Shown here: piece after piece, positions 1 to 13,999 of the stretch | How positions within the stretch are numbered: position 1 is the first letter of the stretch | How the letters are laid out: every line of letters starts with the position of its first letter | Origin: the human T2T-CHM13v2.0 reference genome, Homo sapiens | Assembly (NCBI RefSeq): GCF_009914755.1 | Contig: NC_060944.1 | Direction: 5' to 3' (one strand) | DNA length: 64,000 bases | The notes under the pieces: generated by a model | Told to the model about the DNA's origin: nothing | Seen by the model: the letters and a program-made list of their open reading frames with translations, nothing else | The model's database searches: none | Position numbers and translations under genes: made by a program

Positions 1-959
1 ACAATCCACAACCCTTTGTGACATTCAAATGCAGTCTCCTTTTATTCTGAGATACAGGAAAAGAGATGTAAGCACCTCCCTGGGGTCTGAACAGTGTTAA
101 TGATGAGATCAGATGTTTAGGATTATACATCACATTCTGCCAGAGCTGAACACTGAATCCCAGTGACCAAAGTAAATTGGCATGTGTATAAAATACAGGA
201 CCTACGGAAGGGGCACCTATTTATTGGATCTAGGGCAGTATTATTTTGGTGGTCATAAGGGAACTGATACCTGAACCTGAATATCACTCAAAGATCACTC
301 ATGGTGCCTGATATTTGGAAGAGACATTTGAAGGACCAGACGAACCACTTATTCTTTTAGATGCTCTAAAATTGAACCGTATAAAAAGTAGACTATGCCG
401 AAGTCATATCATTTTAGCTACATGGAGAAATCTTGTTCCAAATCAAGAGATAATGATATACCCTCTGGTTCTTTGATGACAGTGTGGTGGCTATATGCAG
501 AATGTTTCTGCACCATTTGCATAACTACTGCTTAAGATATCCACTATGTCATTCAATATCCCTTATATGAGAGTTCAATGAGGTAGACGTCCTTAAATTT
601 ACTATCAGGTTAAGAAAAGAGCAGATTGTCTCTTTGGACAACTTCGTGTATTTCTTTCTTTAGCTGCCTGGAAGCTCAACACTAAATTTAGTATTCATCT
701 GCAATACTTGACTCAGCCCATGGTTTTTACACATTAATATTTCTTTTCTCTAAATGCCTTGTTGGAATTGTACTTTTAAGTTCATCTATTTTTTAAAATG
801 ATTTAAAATAATCACATTAACCCAGGAAGAAGCAGCATATAAAAGAAAGGAAAGAAACAAACTGTTTAATGACCTATCTTGCTGGGTTCCTACAACTCAA
901 GTGGGAAAATATGTGCATGGTAGAATTATGCAAATTACTGTGTAAAACTTCCTATAATT

Positions 960-1277
960 TGAAAGGTATTATGATATTTTATCTACCTCATGACCCAAGA
1001 TGGCTGCTGGAGTTCCAGCCATCATCAGGTTAGAGTATGTCAGTGTAGACAGAAAGAAAAAGGAAAGTCAGAAGAGCAAAATGAAATCATTTTGATGTTT
1101 TTAGCTTTTCCAGAAGCTCTATGAGACACTTGGTCACATGACCACATCTACTGGCATGGACTACTGAAAAATGTAACATTTTATTCCTGGCAACAGTGAA
1201 CTTAGCTAAATATTAAGTTTCTGTTACTTTGAAGAAAGAAGAAAAAATAGATATAGAAAATTTCAATCCCTGCCACA
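960..1277 (-). mobile_element. MLT1 (MLT1J/K-like) MaLR LTR fragment
   Basis: ccaagatggctgctggagttccagccatc, ggtcacatgaccacatcta, tttctgttact, and terminus ...ccctgccaca resemble MLT1 LTRs. Confidence 0.6.
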
Positions 1278-3269
1278 ATTCTTTGTTCATATTGGGATGG
1301 GAACTTGTTAATTTTTTGTTGTAGAAATCACACATTTGGTTTTTCAAATTGTCATAAAGTTTTAAAATATCTGATGCCACATTGGATAGATTTTTATTCA
1401 AATATTTTCCACATTTTAGACATTCAAATCTTACATCGCAAATTAGTATAATTTTTAACAACAAAGTAAATGAGACAGACAAGACAAGAGACAGATAACT
1501 TCCAGAATTGTTCATGTACAATTTGGCTTTGTTTGGGGATTGAATCAATGGTTTATTTTCATAAATATTGATTTCTTTTCCTGGTTGTTTTATGAACCGA
1601 GTGGGAAGGGCCATTGTATTCAGTCTTTGTTTTGTTTTCATTTAGTCACAGAGTGCAGCAGTGATTGTGGATAATTCCTTGACTATTTGTACTTTAGATT
1701 CACATCAGATGATAAATTGAGCATGAGAAATATGTTATTAAATTGACTGCATTGTAAATTGGCACTTTACATTTTTTATTTATAAACATGGTACCTTTTA
1801 CTCAATATCCAGGAAACTTTGGATAAATATGAATTTCCATTAACTTATGTGTTAACTGCCAAAAGCTATTATTTATATCTGAAATGAACTAAACTAAGAT
1901 AATTTAATCTTCTAGTCCAAGGTCAAGTGCATTACAATAAAACATGTTTCATGAATAAACATCATTAAAAACACACAGCCATTACATAGCAGTTTTTCAT
2001 AACACAAAAATCTGCAAATTGAGTAAGCAAAATCTCCACTCACTGAACTTTTAAAAATCCTATGTTAAATTAATAATCTCACTTCTTCTAAGATTATATA
2101 CTTTATTTTTTACACACAGATAGTAATGAATAGATATTCATTGATTCTGATGTAGGTGGTGTATAAGTGACTACGTTTGTGTGTATGTGAGTGTGAATGG
2201 TATAAAATATTGTGCTTTGGGAAAGTCAAAATTGGGAATGGATTTAATGTCTGTGTATCAATCAACCATGATATCAATGATGCACTTATAACTCCCTTCC
2301 CCAATAATAGGTTTTACTTCATTAATCATAATTTTTTGGTGGGGGTCACTATTAGAAATTTCCATTGTCCAATTTTCTCACCATGACCAGCCAAGCATCT
2401 ATCACTTGTTTTTAACTTCTCAACTAGTTTTCACAATTTGTTGTCCTGTAAAGTAATAAATGGCCCAAATTTTCCACACGCTAATTAAAATTCCATTTCT
2501 CATGAATTCTTTAATCGAGTGCAAGTCATTATGTGCTTTGTTGATATCTTAAGTGCAAAGATAATTGCAATGGGCAGCGTGAAAAGGGTTTGATTATTGC
2601 CTGTCGACGCTTGTGAATTCTAATAGGTCTAATTGCATAGCATCAATTCATCATCTCAGCATCACTTCTTTTTATTATTAGCTCTCTGAATTGTAATGTG
2701 CTCATAAAGAAGTGTTGTAGTATATCAGAGATGACATGGTACCTGGCCTATTATAATTTTCAGCCCTTACCTTGTGCAACTCTTGAAATTAAAAGTTTAT
2801 TATGGAGTGCCCTTTTTCTGAAACTAATTTTAAAATGCTCCTGTATGATGAAATGAATACTGTCCAATAATCTACATATTAATTTGCCTTTGTAATAATT
2901 CCATTAAATGACTGCCAAGACCTTTTTCGCTCAGATTGTGCCTATAAATTCAGAACATAATGCATTAGTTGGAAAACATTTGTTAGGCTTTTTAATGGGA
3001 ATTCCTGGTAGCATTTCTCAGAGAATTTCTATACTAGAGTGACTATCCTAAGGCTAAAGAAAGAAAAAGATTCCACTGCATAATGATGTAGAATCTTCCA
3101 CGCACCCCAATAATATGACTAAAGGACCACCAGCAATTGAGTTGCCAAACACCCTATCATTTGCATGTAGGGAATAGAACAGCCCTAATGTAGAGAAGGA
3201 AAGTAAACCTTTAATTACTCTACAGATAAAATAATGTTCTATATATGTGAGGAAGTGTGTCTAATAATA

Positions 3270-3470
3270 ATAGACACAAATGGGGACTTACACCCTGTGT
3301 CAAACACTGTACTTTAATCGTTATCTCAAATAATCTCAGGGATTCTTATGAATAAAGTTTCAGTGTGATAATTTTACAGGCAAGTCTCAAAATATCACCG
3401 AAGATCACCAGATGGTATGTGGCAAAGCTGGAATTTAAACATCTAGACAGAAGACTCCCATAGCTTGTCT
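3270..3470 (-). mobile_element. MIR
   Basis: attttacagg...aagatcaccagatggtatgtggcaaagctggaatttaaac core. Confidence 0.55.
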
Positions 3471-3750
3471 GCTATTTTCAACACACACTATGGCATGACT
3501 CAGTCAAATTAATGCCATCAGAATCAGTAACAGTGAACTTTGGAAGAAGGATGATCATACTGTTAAAGTGTGAGTCCAAGTAAACCCAAAAACTAAATCA
3601 CACTTCAGGGGCTTCTATTTTTTTTTTTAGGATAATATGGTCAGAAGTAATTATAATCCATGTTAAGGAATGAGTCAAGTTCCTAGAAGGAGCATCCATA
3701 CAGCAAATATTCCAAGAGATCAAGGCAAAACCGGTGAGGCTTATCACCTT

Positions 3751-3916
3751 CTGTTGGAAGTCTGACAACAGCCAACTTAGCTAAATACTAAGTTTCTGTT
3801 ACTTCAAAGAAAGAAGAGAAAATAGATACAGGTCTGTTGGAAGTCTGGCAACAGCCAACTTAGCTAAATACTAAGTTTCTGTTACTTCAAAGAAAGAAGA
3901 GAAAATAGATAGAGGT
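3751..3916. repeat. Tandem duplication, 2 x 83 bp
   Basis: 3751-3833 and 3834-3916 are identical except for 2 substitutions (ctgAcaac/ctgGcaac, gataCa/gataGa). Confidence 0.95.
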
Positions 3917-4639
3917 AGAGAATTTAAATCCCTGCCACAAATTCTTTGTTGGTGTTGGGATGGAAACTTGTTAATTTTTTGCTATAGTAACAATATATTT
4001 GATTTTACAGAATCACTTCAAGATATTTTATTGGTTTTAAGTATTGGGAAGGGATTTATACTCCAGCTTTTGTTAAAGGAGTGGCAAGGCCACATTGCCA
4101 AAAAGCAAATGAGCTGAGACATATTGTTTTGGGCATCTCTGGGTAATACAGCCTGCCACAGGGAATGAGTCAACTTGGTGTTACTGCTTGTTGGGCAGTA
4201 AAGCAATTTGCAAGGAAGCAGTCCCCCAGCAGGTATAAATTATTGTTTCAAACATCTCTCTGAAAATTACTGTAATGAGAAGGTACCCCTTTGCCTTGTG
4301 TGTGTGTGTGTGATGACAAGCAAAAGTAAAACTTAATTCATTTTCTACAGATCAAATGTTTGGTTCTTTTTTAAAAAAACTTTCAAACTACGTGGTTTAG
4401 GTATAAATATTTTATTGAATATATTGGTTCATTTCCAAATATAAAAAAAATCAAGAAGCAAATATGGATTCTAAATTTGCTGTACCATAAGTAATTTGCA
4501 ATGAAACCTACATCTGAATAGAGAAATAAATTACCACTCAAAAATTTCCATTACTTATGTTCTACTTTGAAAATCATAGGTTGGAACTTACATGGAGCTA
4601 TTGCTTATTCTGTTTAAAAAGTATATAGTCATTCTGGTT

Positions 4640-5380
<741 letters not shown>

Positions 5381-5616
5381 TTGCTTTTTCTGCTATTTTT
5401 TCTAGTTTCCTGATGCCTCAAAATTATTTCCTTCATCACACCCTCTCTGTTTCAAGAACTTTAGCCATTCTTGTAGGGTAGGTCTGGTCTGCTCATGACA
5501 AATTCTTTTAGTTTTCCTTTGTCTGAGAATGTCTTCATTTCCCCCTTCATTCCTGAAGGATAAGTTTGCTGGATATAGGATTCTGGGTTTGACAGAGTTT
5601 TAATTTTATCATTTGA

Positions 5617-5987
<371 letters not shown>

Positions 5988-7333
5988 TCTGGCCCCCATT
6001 ACTTCTGATGAGGAATCCACTGTAATTTAAATGGTTTTTCTCCAATATAGATAAGGATTCATTTCTGTTTTGCTGCATTCAAGATTTTTTCTTTGTTTTT
6101 AGTTTTCAGATGTTTATATTTTGTCTTAGCATGAATTCCTTTTTGTTGTATTCAGTTAAGTTCACTAAACTTTTTGAATCTATAGGTTATATCATTGGCC
6201 AAATGTGGGAAATTTGCAGTCATTATTTCTTTGAATACTATTTTAGCCCCACTTTCTTTCTGTTCTTCTGAGATTTCAGTGATATGATTTTAGATCTTTT
6301 GTAATAGTTTCACAGGTCCCTGAAACTCTATTTTTTTTTGACGTTTGTTTAGCCTATTTTCTATTTTCTCCTTGTTTTCCACTTTAAATAATTTCTATTG
6401 TCCTGTCTTCAAGTTCACTGATTCTTCCCTCTGTCCTCTCCATTATGCTATTGAGTCCAGCCACTGAGTTTTTTATTTCAGTTATTGTATTTTTTGGTTC
6501 TAAAATTTTCATTTGGTTCTTCTTTACATCTTCTCTTCTTTGCTGAGACTTTCTATCTGTTTGTTTGTTTCAAGCATGTACATAACTGTTTATTGGAGCA
6601 TTTTTAAAAATGATGGTTCCTTTAAAATCTTAGTTTTAACACCTGTGTCATCTCTTTGTTGGGTCTGTTGATTGCCTATTCTAATTCAAGTTGAGATTTT
6701 CCTGGTTCTTGGTATAATGAGTGATTTTATATAATACCCTGTATGTTATAAGACTCTGGATCTTTTTAAAATCTTGACTTAGCAGACTTTCTCTGAAACT
6801 GTATCACACTCACAGGGAAAGGGGATTCTGCCTCATTACAACTGCCATGTTGTAGGGGTGAAGGTCCAGTTCCTCTTTCGGCTTCCTTTGACACTCCAGG
6901 GAGGCAGGGGTGTTTTCTTTCTGCTGAGAAGAGTTGGGATTTCAGACCCTGCTGGGCTTCAGCTAGTGCCACCTTGGCTGGGAGGGGAAACATTGTCTTG
7001 TTACTACTCCCCAGTTAGCTTCCACTGACCCAGTAGTGAGGAGGCCTGCTGGGTGGTAGTAAAAGTGCCAGCTTCCTATGTGGTCTGCTCTGACATTATA
7101 TGGGGAGGGGGGTTGTTACCACCAGCAAGGGCTGAAATTGGCTTCCTAACCAGCCTCCTCTGATACCACTCAGGACAGGAAGTGCCTCGGTACAGTGGGG
7201 TGCAGGTAGAAATCTCAGCTCCCCACTGGACCTTTGATGACAGGGGAAGGGATGAAGCCTTGGCTTTGTCTGTGCTGTATGGTTGGAATAGGATAGTTTT
7301 TATCTTTCTGTTTTGTTAGGTCATCCCTTTCCT

Positions 7334-7385
7334 GTGGTGGTGGTGGTGGTGGTGGTGGTGGTATTTATTTATTTATTTATTTATT
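7334..7385. repeat. Compound microsatellite (GGT)n(ATTT)n
   Basis: Directly visible. Confidence 0.9.
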
Positions 7386-8830
7386 TTTTAGTCTGCTCTT
7401 GTTAGCATTTCTGGGTTGCTGGCTTCTTTGGGACCCAGGCTGAAATCTGTTAGGCAAAAAGAAAACCCAGAAAACTCATCACCGTGTTGGTCCTATGGGC
7501 TGCCTTCTTCTGTTCACCTTTCAGAGTCTTCTTATATTTGTTTTATGTATACTGTCCAGGGTTTTTAGTTATAGTTAGCAGGAGGAATAGGGAGAAGTCC
7601 ATCTGTTCAATCCTAGTCCAGAGCTAGATATTTTTTGCTTTTCTGTGAGTATTTTAAATACTAGGTCTTGGTGAGTGCTAAAGTTAGGAAAAGATGAAAA
7701 TAACCTTAGGCTTAGAACAGTGCTTGCCACATGTTAAGCACTCAGTGAGGATCATCTTATTCTCTTTGTACAATCCTAGTGTCTCTGAAATTCTAATCTT
7801 CTTTTGTAGGACAGGTTACGCCCAGGTTTGGAAGAGGGGTGCAAAGGGAGACATATCCAAAGTCCTCACCTCACTAGTGGATGCAGAAACCTTCCCAGCA
7901 TTTCTTAATACACATCACAGAGGTAGCTGTTCCTGGCCTGTTCATGCTTGTGGCTGACAGTACATGCATATGTATAAACACACATAAAACCTCCAACTTT
8001 TACATATTGATGAAGACAAACAAACCTAAGGCCAAGACATACAGACTCTGAAAATCTTTCCAGAAGGACATAGGAAGGGATCTACTTCAGTTCCTAAGAG
8101 GATGGTAACTTTTGCCTATGAATGTTTGACCTAATGTTTTCTAATGCCAGGATGGTTCTCCATAGAGTTTATTTGTAAAATAAAACATTGTGCTTTCTAT
8201 GGAGACTCTTTGTAATTCTATTCCTAAAGAAATCCCTGTGATCAGCTAACATAACCACATCTGAGGGCTTCAGATCTTCTGATGGACTTGTGTCTTTTCC
8301 AAGCATCACTGTAGTTCATCTCTCTCTCACTATTTATGAACTCCACGTACATTTTCACTGCTGTCAATTGACTAGTTTGCACTGAAATATCCAATCAAGC
8401 TTTGTGAAAAAATGGAAGTGGCTCTCAGTCCTTAGATTTGTAGGCAGTTGTGTATGGCACATAGTTTTCGTTACTATATGTTCTTTCCAGTTATTGGTAA
8501 GAAAGGCAGTCACAGAGGATTTGTCCAGTGGGACTCCAGTGGCAAAGGTTTATCTGACTCTTTCCAGTAGCACTAAAAACACCCCTGGACAGATTTCATG
8601 GAGTTAACAGACTCTGTTTTCCTGGTCTTATTTAGAAGTATTGCCTTCCGTGTTTTGCATATTCTGGACACAGTCAATATCAAATAATTAACCATTTCAT
8701 CTGTTCAAGCAGCCATCCACCATCTACTAACTGTCATGCTCCTGAATTTACAGGCATGTCCAGCACCGTTTCTTTTATTCTTTTCTTCTGTTTTTTTTTT
8801 TTTTTTTTTTGGTTTATTTTGTTTAGCTTT

Positions 8831-9208
8831 TGTTATGGTTTAGACTTGTGTCTCTGCCCAAATTTTATATCGAATTGTAATCCCCAGTGTTAGAGGAAGG
8901 GCCTGGTGAGAGCTGTTTAGATCATGGGGGCAGATTTCCCCCTTGCTCTTCCTGTGATAGTGAGTTCTCATGAGATCGTTGTTTAAAAGTGTGTAGCACC
9001 TCCATACTCTCTCTCTTTTCTCCTGCTCCAGCCATGTAAGATGTACCTGCTTCCCCTTAGCCTTCCACTATGATTATAAGTTTCTGGAGCCCTCCAAGCC
9101 ATGCTGCCTGTACAGCCTGTGAAGCCATGAGCCAATTAAACCACTTTTCTTTATAAGTTACCCAGTCTCAGGTATTTCTTTATAGCAGTACGAGAATGGA
9201 CTAATACA
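8831..9208 (+). mobile_element. MSTA-like MaLR solo LTR
   Basis: tgttatggttt...aattgtaatccccagtgtt...ggactaataca with 5-bp TSD GCTTT (8826-8830/9209-9213). Confidence 0.88.
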
Positions 9209-9213
9209 GCTTT

Positions 9214-10398
9214 TTTTAAACGTACAATTCAGTGGTGTTGGCACATTCACAGAGTTGTACAACTGTCAACACCACTATCTAATTCCAGAATATTTTTGTT
9301 GCCTTAAAAAAGATTCTATACCCATTAGTAGTCAGTGTTCATTCCCCCTTCCCCACTCCTTGACAACCATTAATCTACATTCTGCCTCTGTGGATTTGCC
9401 TATTCTGGACATCTTATATAAATGGAATTATATACTATATTCTCTTTTGTCTCTGTTTTCCTTAACTTAGCATAAGATTTCCATGGTTCACTCATATTGT
9501 AGCATTTATCAGTACTGCTTTCCTTTTTATGGCTAAATAATATTCCATTAGATGGATATACTTTTGGTTATTCATTCATCAGTTGATGGACATTGAGTTG
9601 TTTCCATTTTGAGCTATTATAAATAACGCAGCTGATGTGGTTTAGATCTTTGTCCCCTCCAGATCTCATATTGAAATGTAATCCCCAGTGTTGGAGGTGT
9701 GGCCTGGTGGGAGGTGTTTTGGTCATGCAGGTGGATCCTTTATAAATGGCTTGGTGCCGTCCTCACAGTAATGAGTGAGTTATCACTCTACGAGTCCACG
9801 TGAGAGCTGGTTGTTTAAAAGATGCTGGAATTTCTTCCTCACTCTCTTGCTCTGTCTCTCGTCTCTTACCATGTGGCATACTAGCTCCCCTTTGCCTTCC
9901 ACCATGATCGTAAGCGTCCTGAGTCCCTCACCAGAAGCAGATGCTGGTGTCGTGCTTCCTGTACAGCCTGCAGAACTGGGAACCAAAATAAACCTCTTTT
10001 CTTTTTAAATTACCCAGCCTCAGGTGTTCCTTTATAGCAATGCAGATGGACTCATAAAACAGCTATGAATATTTGCATATAAGTTTTTGTGTGGACATGT
10101 GTTGTCAGTTCTCTTGGGTAGATCCTAGCAGTGGAATTGTTGAGTGATATGGTAACTCTGTGTTTAACATTTTGAGGAACTAACTGTTTTCCAAAGTGGC
10201 ATTTCCATTCCTATCACTGATGTATGAGGGTTTTAATTTCTCCACATACTAACACTTATTAATATCTGCCTTTTTGTTGATAGCCTTCCTAATGAGTGTG
10301 AAATGTCATCTCATTGTAGTTTTGATTTGCATTTCCGGAAGAACTAAGGATATTGAGCACTATTTCATGTACTTATTGGCCATTTGTGTATCTTCTTT
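9214..10398 (-). mobile_element. L1MB (L1MB7/8-like) 3' end, interrupted by MSTB LTR
   Basis: tacaattcagtggt...ctaattccagaat...gatttgcctattctggacat, resuming after 10063 and running to ggccatttgtgtatcttcttt. Confidence 0.8.
9633..10058 (+). mobile_element. MSTB-like MaLR solo LTR
   Basis: tgatgtggtttagatc...gaaatgtaatccccagtgttggagg...ccctcaccagaagcagatgc, with near-TSD gcagc/acagc. Confidence 0.85.
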
Positions 10399-11034
10399 AC
10401 AACCATTTCTCAAACCCTTCTTTGACTCCTCCTTAAATCTATTAAAAGACAAATTACATGCTTAGCTTTTTTCCTTCATTTTGGCCTGTTCACTTTTTGG
10501 CTTATTTTAGAAGTATGCTTTCTTTAAACTTCCTTTCTTCTCACAATTAGTGCACATGCACACCCTGATCTTTTTATAATTTAAATTATTTCAACTAATG
10601 TCTCAATTAATGTCATCAATGCTCTGTTGACATTTAATCCAGAATGAGCTCTTCCTGCTGCAAAATGAGCTCTTTTTTTGGCGCTTTGTTATAATTTATG
10701 AGAACTAAAGTAGAGAGTAGACAAGTTTTACTTTTGGACAAGTTTTGCTTCCACATGGAAGGATTTAAAATGATAGCTTGTCATTAGTGTGTGCGACAAC
10801 AGGGCAAGGCAAGCCAGGAGAGGCAACACAGGTCAAGGTCATTAACACAATATAATGAATGAAAGATCATAGCTGTGGGTGCAGTTGGTGTGAGTCTGGT
10901 GGACAAAAACAAGGTCAGAGTCTTGGGTGCCAAGCTGACACTCAAATATCAGTGATGGGTAAAATTTTGGTAAGAGAGCTGTACACTGCCATATAGTACA
11001 ACTCTACATTTGACATTTTGAGTCTAGTCTAGAC

Positions 11035-11241
11035 TGGTAGTTTTCAACCTGTGGTTCCTAGGCCAGCAGCATCAGCAGCATCTGGGAACTTGTTAAAAAT
11101 GCAAATCCTTTTTCTCCACCCCTACTCCATTCCAGACCTACTACTGAAATAGAAATACTGAGAGTGTGACCTAGAAACTCATGTTTTGTTTTACCAGAAC
11201 CTTTAGATGGTTTTGATCGCCCTCAAGTTTGAAAACTACTG
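11035..11241 (+). mobile_element. MER5A hAT-Charlie MITE
   Basis: TIRs tagttttcaa / ttgaaaacta, internal cagcagcatcagcagcatctgggaacttgttaaaaatgcaaat, flanking GTCTAGAC hAT-type target. Confidence 0.8.
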
Positions 11242-12127
11242 ACCAAGACTTTTAAGGAGGTGCAAAAAGAAAAGGTGGTTGGAGATGTCGCCAGAGTTTA
11301 GGATTAAGTGAGAACACACAACAACAAGGGTATGGCTGTAGCCAAAAGCAAGTTAAGCATAGCCCATGCTACACTGCTACCATGGAATTAGGCAACATTC
11401 ACTTAGCCAGAATTTACTTAGTGACTGGTTGTTGGAATAGGAGAGTGGGCCCTAGAATGAAGGAGACCTGATTATTCTGGTGCAGGGAGGTTCAAGGAGA
11501 GCAACCCACGTCCTTACTTGTCTTCAATTTGTTATCCCTAGTGTATCAGGCATTCTGCTTGTTAAAGGGATCTGTTATATTTTCTTCTTTGGACTTAAAT
11601 TACTCAGTATAAATAATCAGCCTCATTCTGCATGCATTAATGAACTCCATTAGAAGGAGGGACCATTTTTTTTTTCCTATGTTGGTTAAGGAGGCCTCTT
11701 AGCAAAATCTAAAGGGAGGTCTTCTCCCCAAAGAATTGTTTTTGTAGGCCTTTTCCAGTCAAGAACTGTGACAGAGATTGAGTTTATGCTGGGTGCAGGG
11801 AAACATGGAGTAAGTCAGGTCCATAAAGGTGAAGGAAGGCCAATGTTTTGGCATGGGTAAGTTGCTAAGTACAGTGTGGGTGCATCTGGCTCTCACCCTT
11901 ATTCCTTGAGTGAAGTCATTCATCCAAGTTGGCAAGAGCAGGTCATAGGAAAAATGAGGACATCTGGAAGAGTAAATGGTTTGTGAGAGGGGCCATCTCT
12001 CAGATAGGCCCATAGGCTTTCTCTGGAAGGATGTCAGAAAGCCACATTTATCAGAAGCTGCAAACACAGCCAGCCATGTCCTAGGAAGGACAGTGCTCTT
12101 TCTATCACAAGAGAATTCCAAGGGCAA

Positions 12128-12285
12128 TTTTCTGTTTTCTTTTTTTTTTTATTTTTTGTTTTTTTGTGGAGACACGGTCTCCATAAAAGAAACCAGATTG
12201 GTCTTAAATTCCTGGCCTCAACTGATCCTTCTGCCTTGTCCTCCCAAAGTTCCGGGATTACAGGTGTGAGCCATGGCTCCCACCC
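12128..12285 (-). mobile_element. Alu monomer (FLAM/AluJ left arm)
   Basis: Poly-T followed by gagacacggtctc...ctcccaaagttccgggattacaggtgtgagcca. Confidence 0.8.
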
Positions 12286-12667
12286 CCTTCTTTTCTGACA
12301 GTAGGAAAAATAAAAACACTTTTATTTCATTTCCAGCTTCTGTGCTTTCTCCAGCTCTTTTTCCTATCTGAAGAAGTACACAAAAAATATCTATGTGACA
12401 AAGCTCCCAAGCCAGGATCCAGTATGACTTTATTTTTCTCTGGCTGTGTCCAGGATCATGGTGACTTGACCCATTTAGAGGAATGCCACCATATGCTGCT
12501 AGCAACTGCTGAGGTTTGGCATTTCACAGGTTTCTCAGAACCTAAGAACTAAGTGAGGACTCCAAGAATATTCCATGGACTCTAAGTCCATGGCTAGATT
12601 CCCAGGCCCAGAGGATACATTTGGAAAAGGACCAAAGTTGTCGTCATGAAATTCTATACATTGCAAG

Positions 12668-12795
12668 CCTGTAATCCCAGCACTTTGGGAGGCCGAGATG
12701 GGAGGATCGCTTGAGGCCAGAACTTCAAGACCAGCATGGTCATCATAGCAAGATTCCATCTCTAAAAAAACAAAACAAAATGAAACAAAACAAAT
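12668..12795 (+). mobile_element. Alu monomer (FLAM_C-like)
   Basis: gcctgtaatcccagcactttgggaggccgagatgggaggatcgcttgagg with A-rich tail. Confidence 0.82.
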
Positions 12796-13489
12796 TATAT
12801 AAAAAGAACATTAAAATGCAAGAAATAACAAAACATATTTGATTTAATCTTGTGAAAACTTTCATATTTTCCTACCAATAAAATTGTCTATGACAATTCC
12901 TTTAGAATGGTTAATTTGGTTGTTTAGGATTTTTATTGTATAGCAGTGTCAAACACATTCTTGCCATTCACTTATTCTGTTAAAGAGAACTATTGACACT
13001 CTCCTAACTGTTGCTCCTTCAGGAGGAGATAAGCAGTAAGACTGTTAAAATTCTATCAAAATACTCTATTGATATCATGTGCTGCGGCTTCAAAACACTA
13101 CTCAGTAAGGATGCTTTGGAAAGTAACTCAGCTGCCTAATGTGTTTCTGCTTTAAAATATCTCTGGGCAGCTAAGTTTGTAACAAGGCATATAAATCTAA
13201 TGTTTAGGGTAAAAATAAATATCCCTTTTGGTCCAAGCAGTTTAAATAGTACTTGTAATTAATGCATAATAATTAGGTATCTAAAAACAACTCTTCAAAA
13301 CTGAACTATAGTTTTCTGGCAAATGTGTAAATCCATGTTTATTTAAAGTGTATTATATTTATAAAAGATGAGGTATAAAATAAATCGGGCTTAAAACAAT
13401 GCTGTCATCAATTCTAAATGAAGCACTATGAAACAGCTAGTTCAAAGTCATGAAAATATTGAATATTTTTTTTCTCCTTTTTCTCCTGT

Positions 13490-13493
<4 letters not shown>

Positions 13494-13540
<47 letters not shown>
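13494..13540. repeat. (TG)~23 microsatellite
   Basis: Perfect dinucleotide run. Confidence 0.97.
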
Positions 13541-13542
<2 letters not shown>

Positions 13543-13999
13543 TTTCAACCAGGAAGCATATGCTTTTTTATCATGTTGGGAAAATAAAATCCTACCTTTT
13601 AACCTTAAAAAAACTATGAAGATCTTAGCAATTTCTACAATTCAGTTGTTTGTTAGGTGAGGAATACATTCCTTGTTAAAATATCTATTTGCATAATTTG
13701 GTGAGCAATTACATTACTAGTGTTCTTTTCTTATTTGAGATACTCTCCCAAGGAATTGATTATTTGCATTACAAATAAAACCCTGATGAAAATACATAAA
13801 ATACATAAAATTTGTATAAAACTATATATTTATATAAGTTATCAGAAAAAAGTGTGAAGGCATATGTTAAGTGAATTAAAATCCACTAAGGGCTTGTTAT
13901 TACCAAGTCTTGACCTAGGCAACAAACATATTTATATCCAGTCAAAAGGTTGGTAGAGAAAATAATTACATATGACAAAAGTAGAAGTTATAAAAATGA

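Noticed and set aside
3751-3916. CRISPR-like repeat
   Set aside because: Two abutting units with no spacer, in eukaryotic DNA.
8831-10058. Small provirus with paired LTRs
   Set aside because: Different LTR subfamilies, separate TSDs, and L1 sequence in between.
11690-12125. 122-aa and 97-aa overlapping ORFs in a GC-richer block
   Set aside because: No recognisable homology or splice context; probably an old LTR I cannot name.
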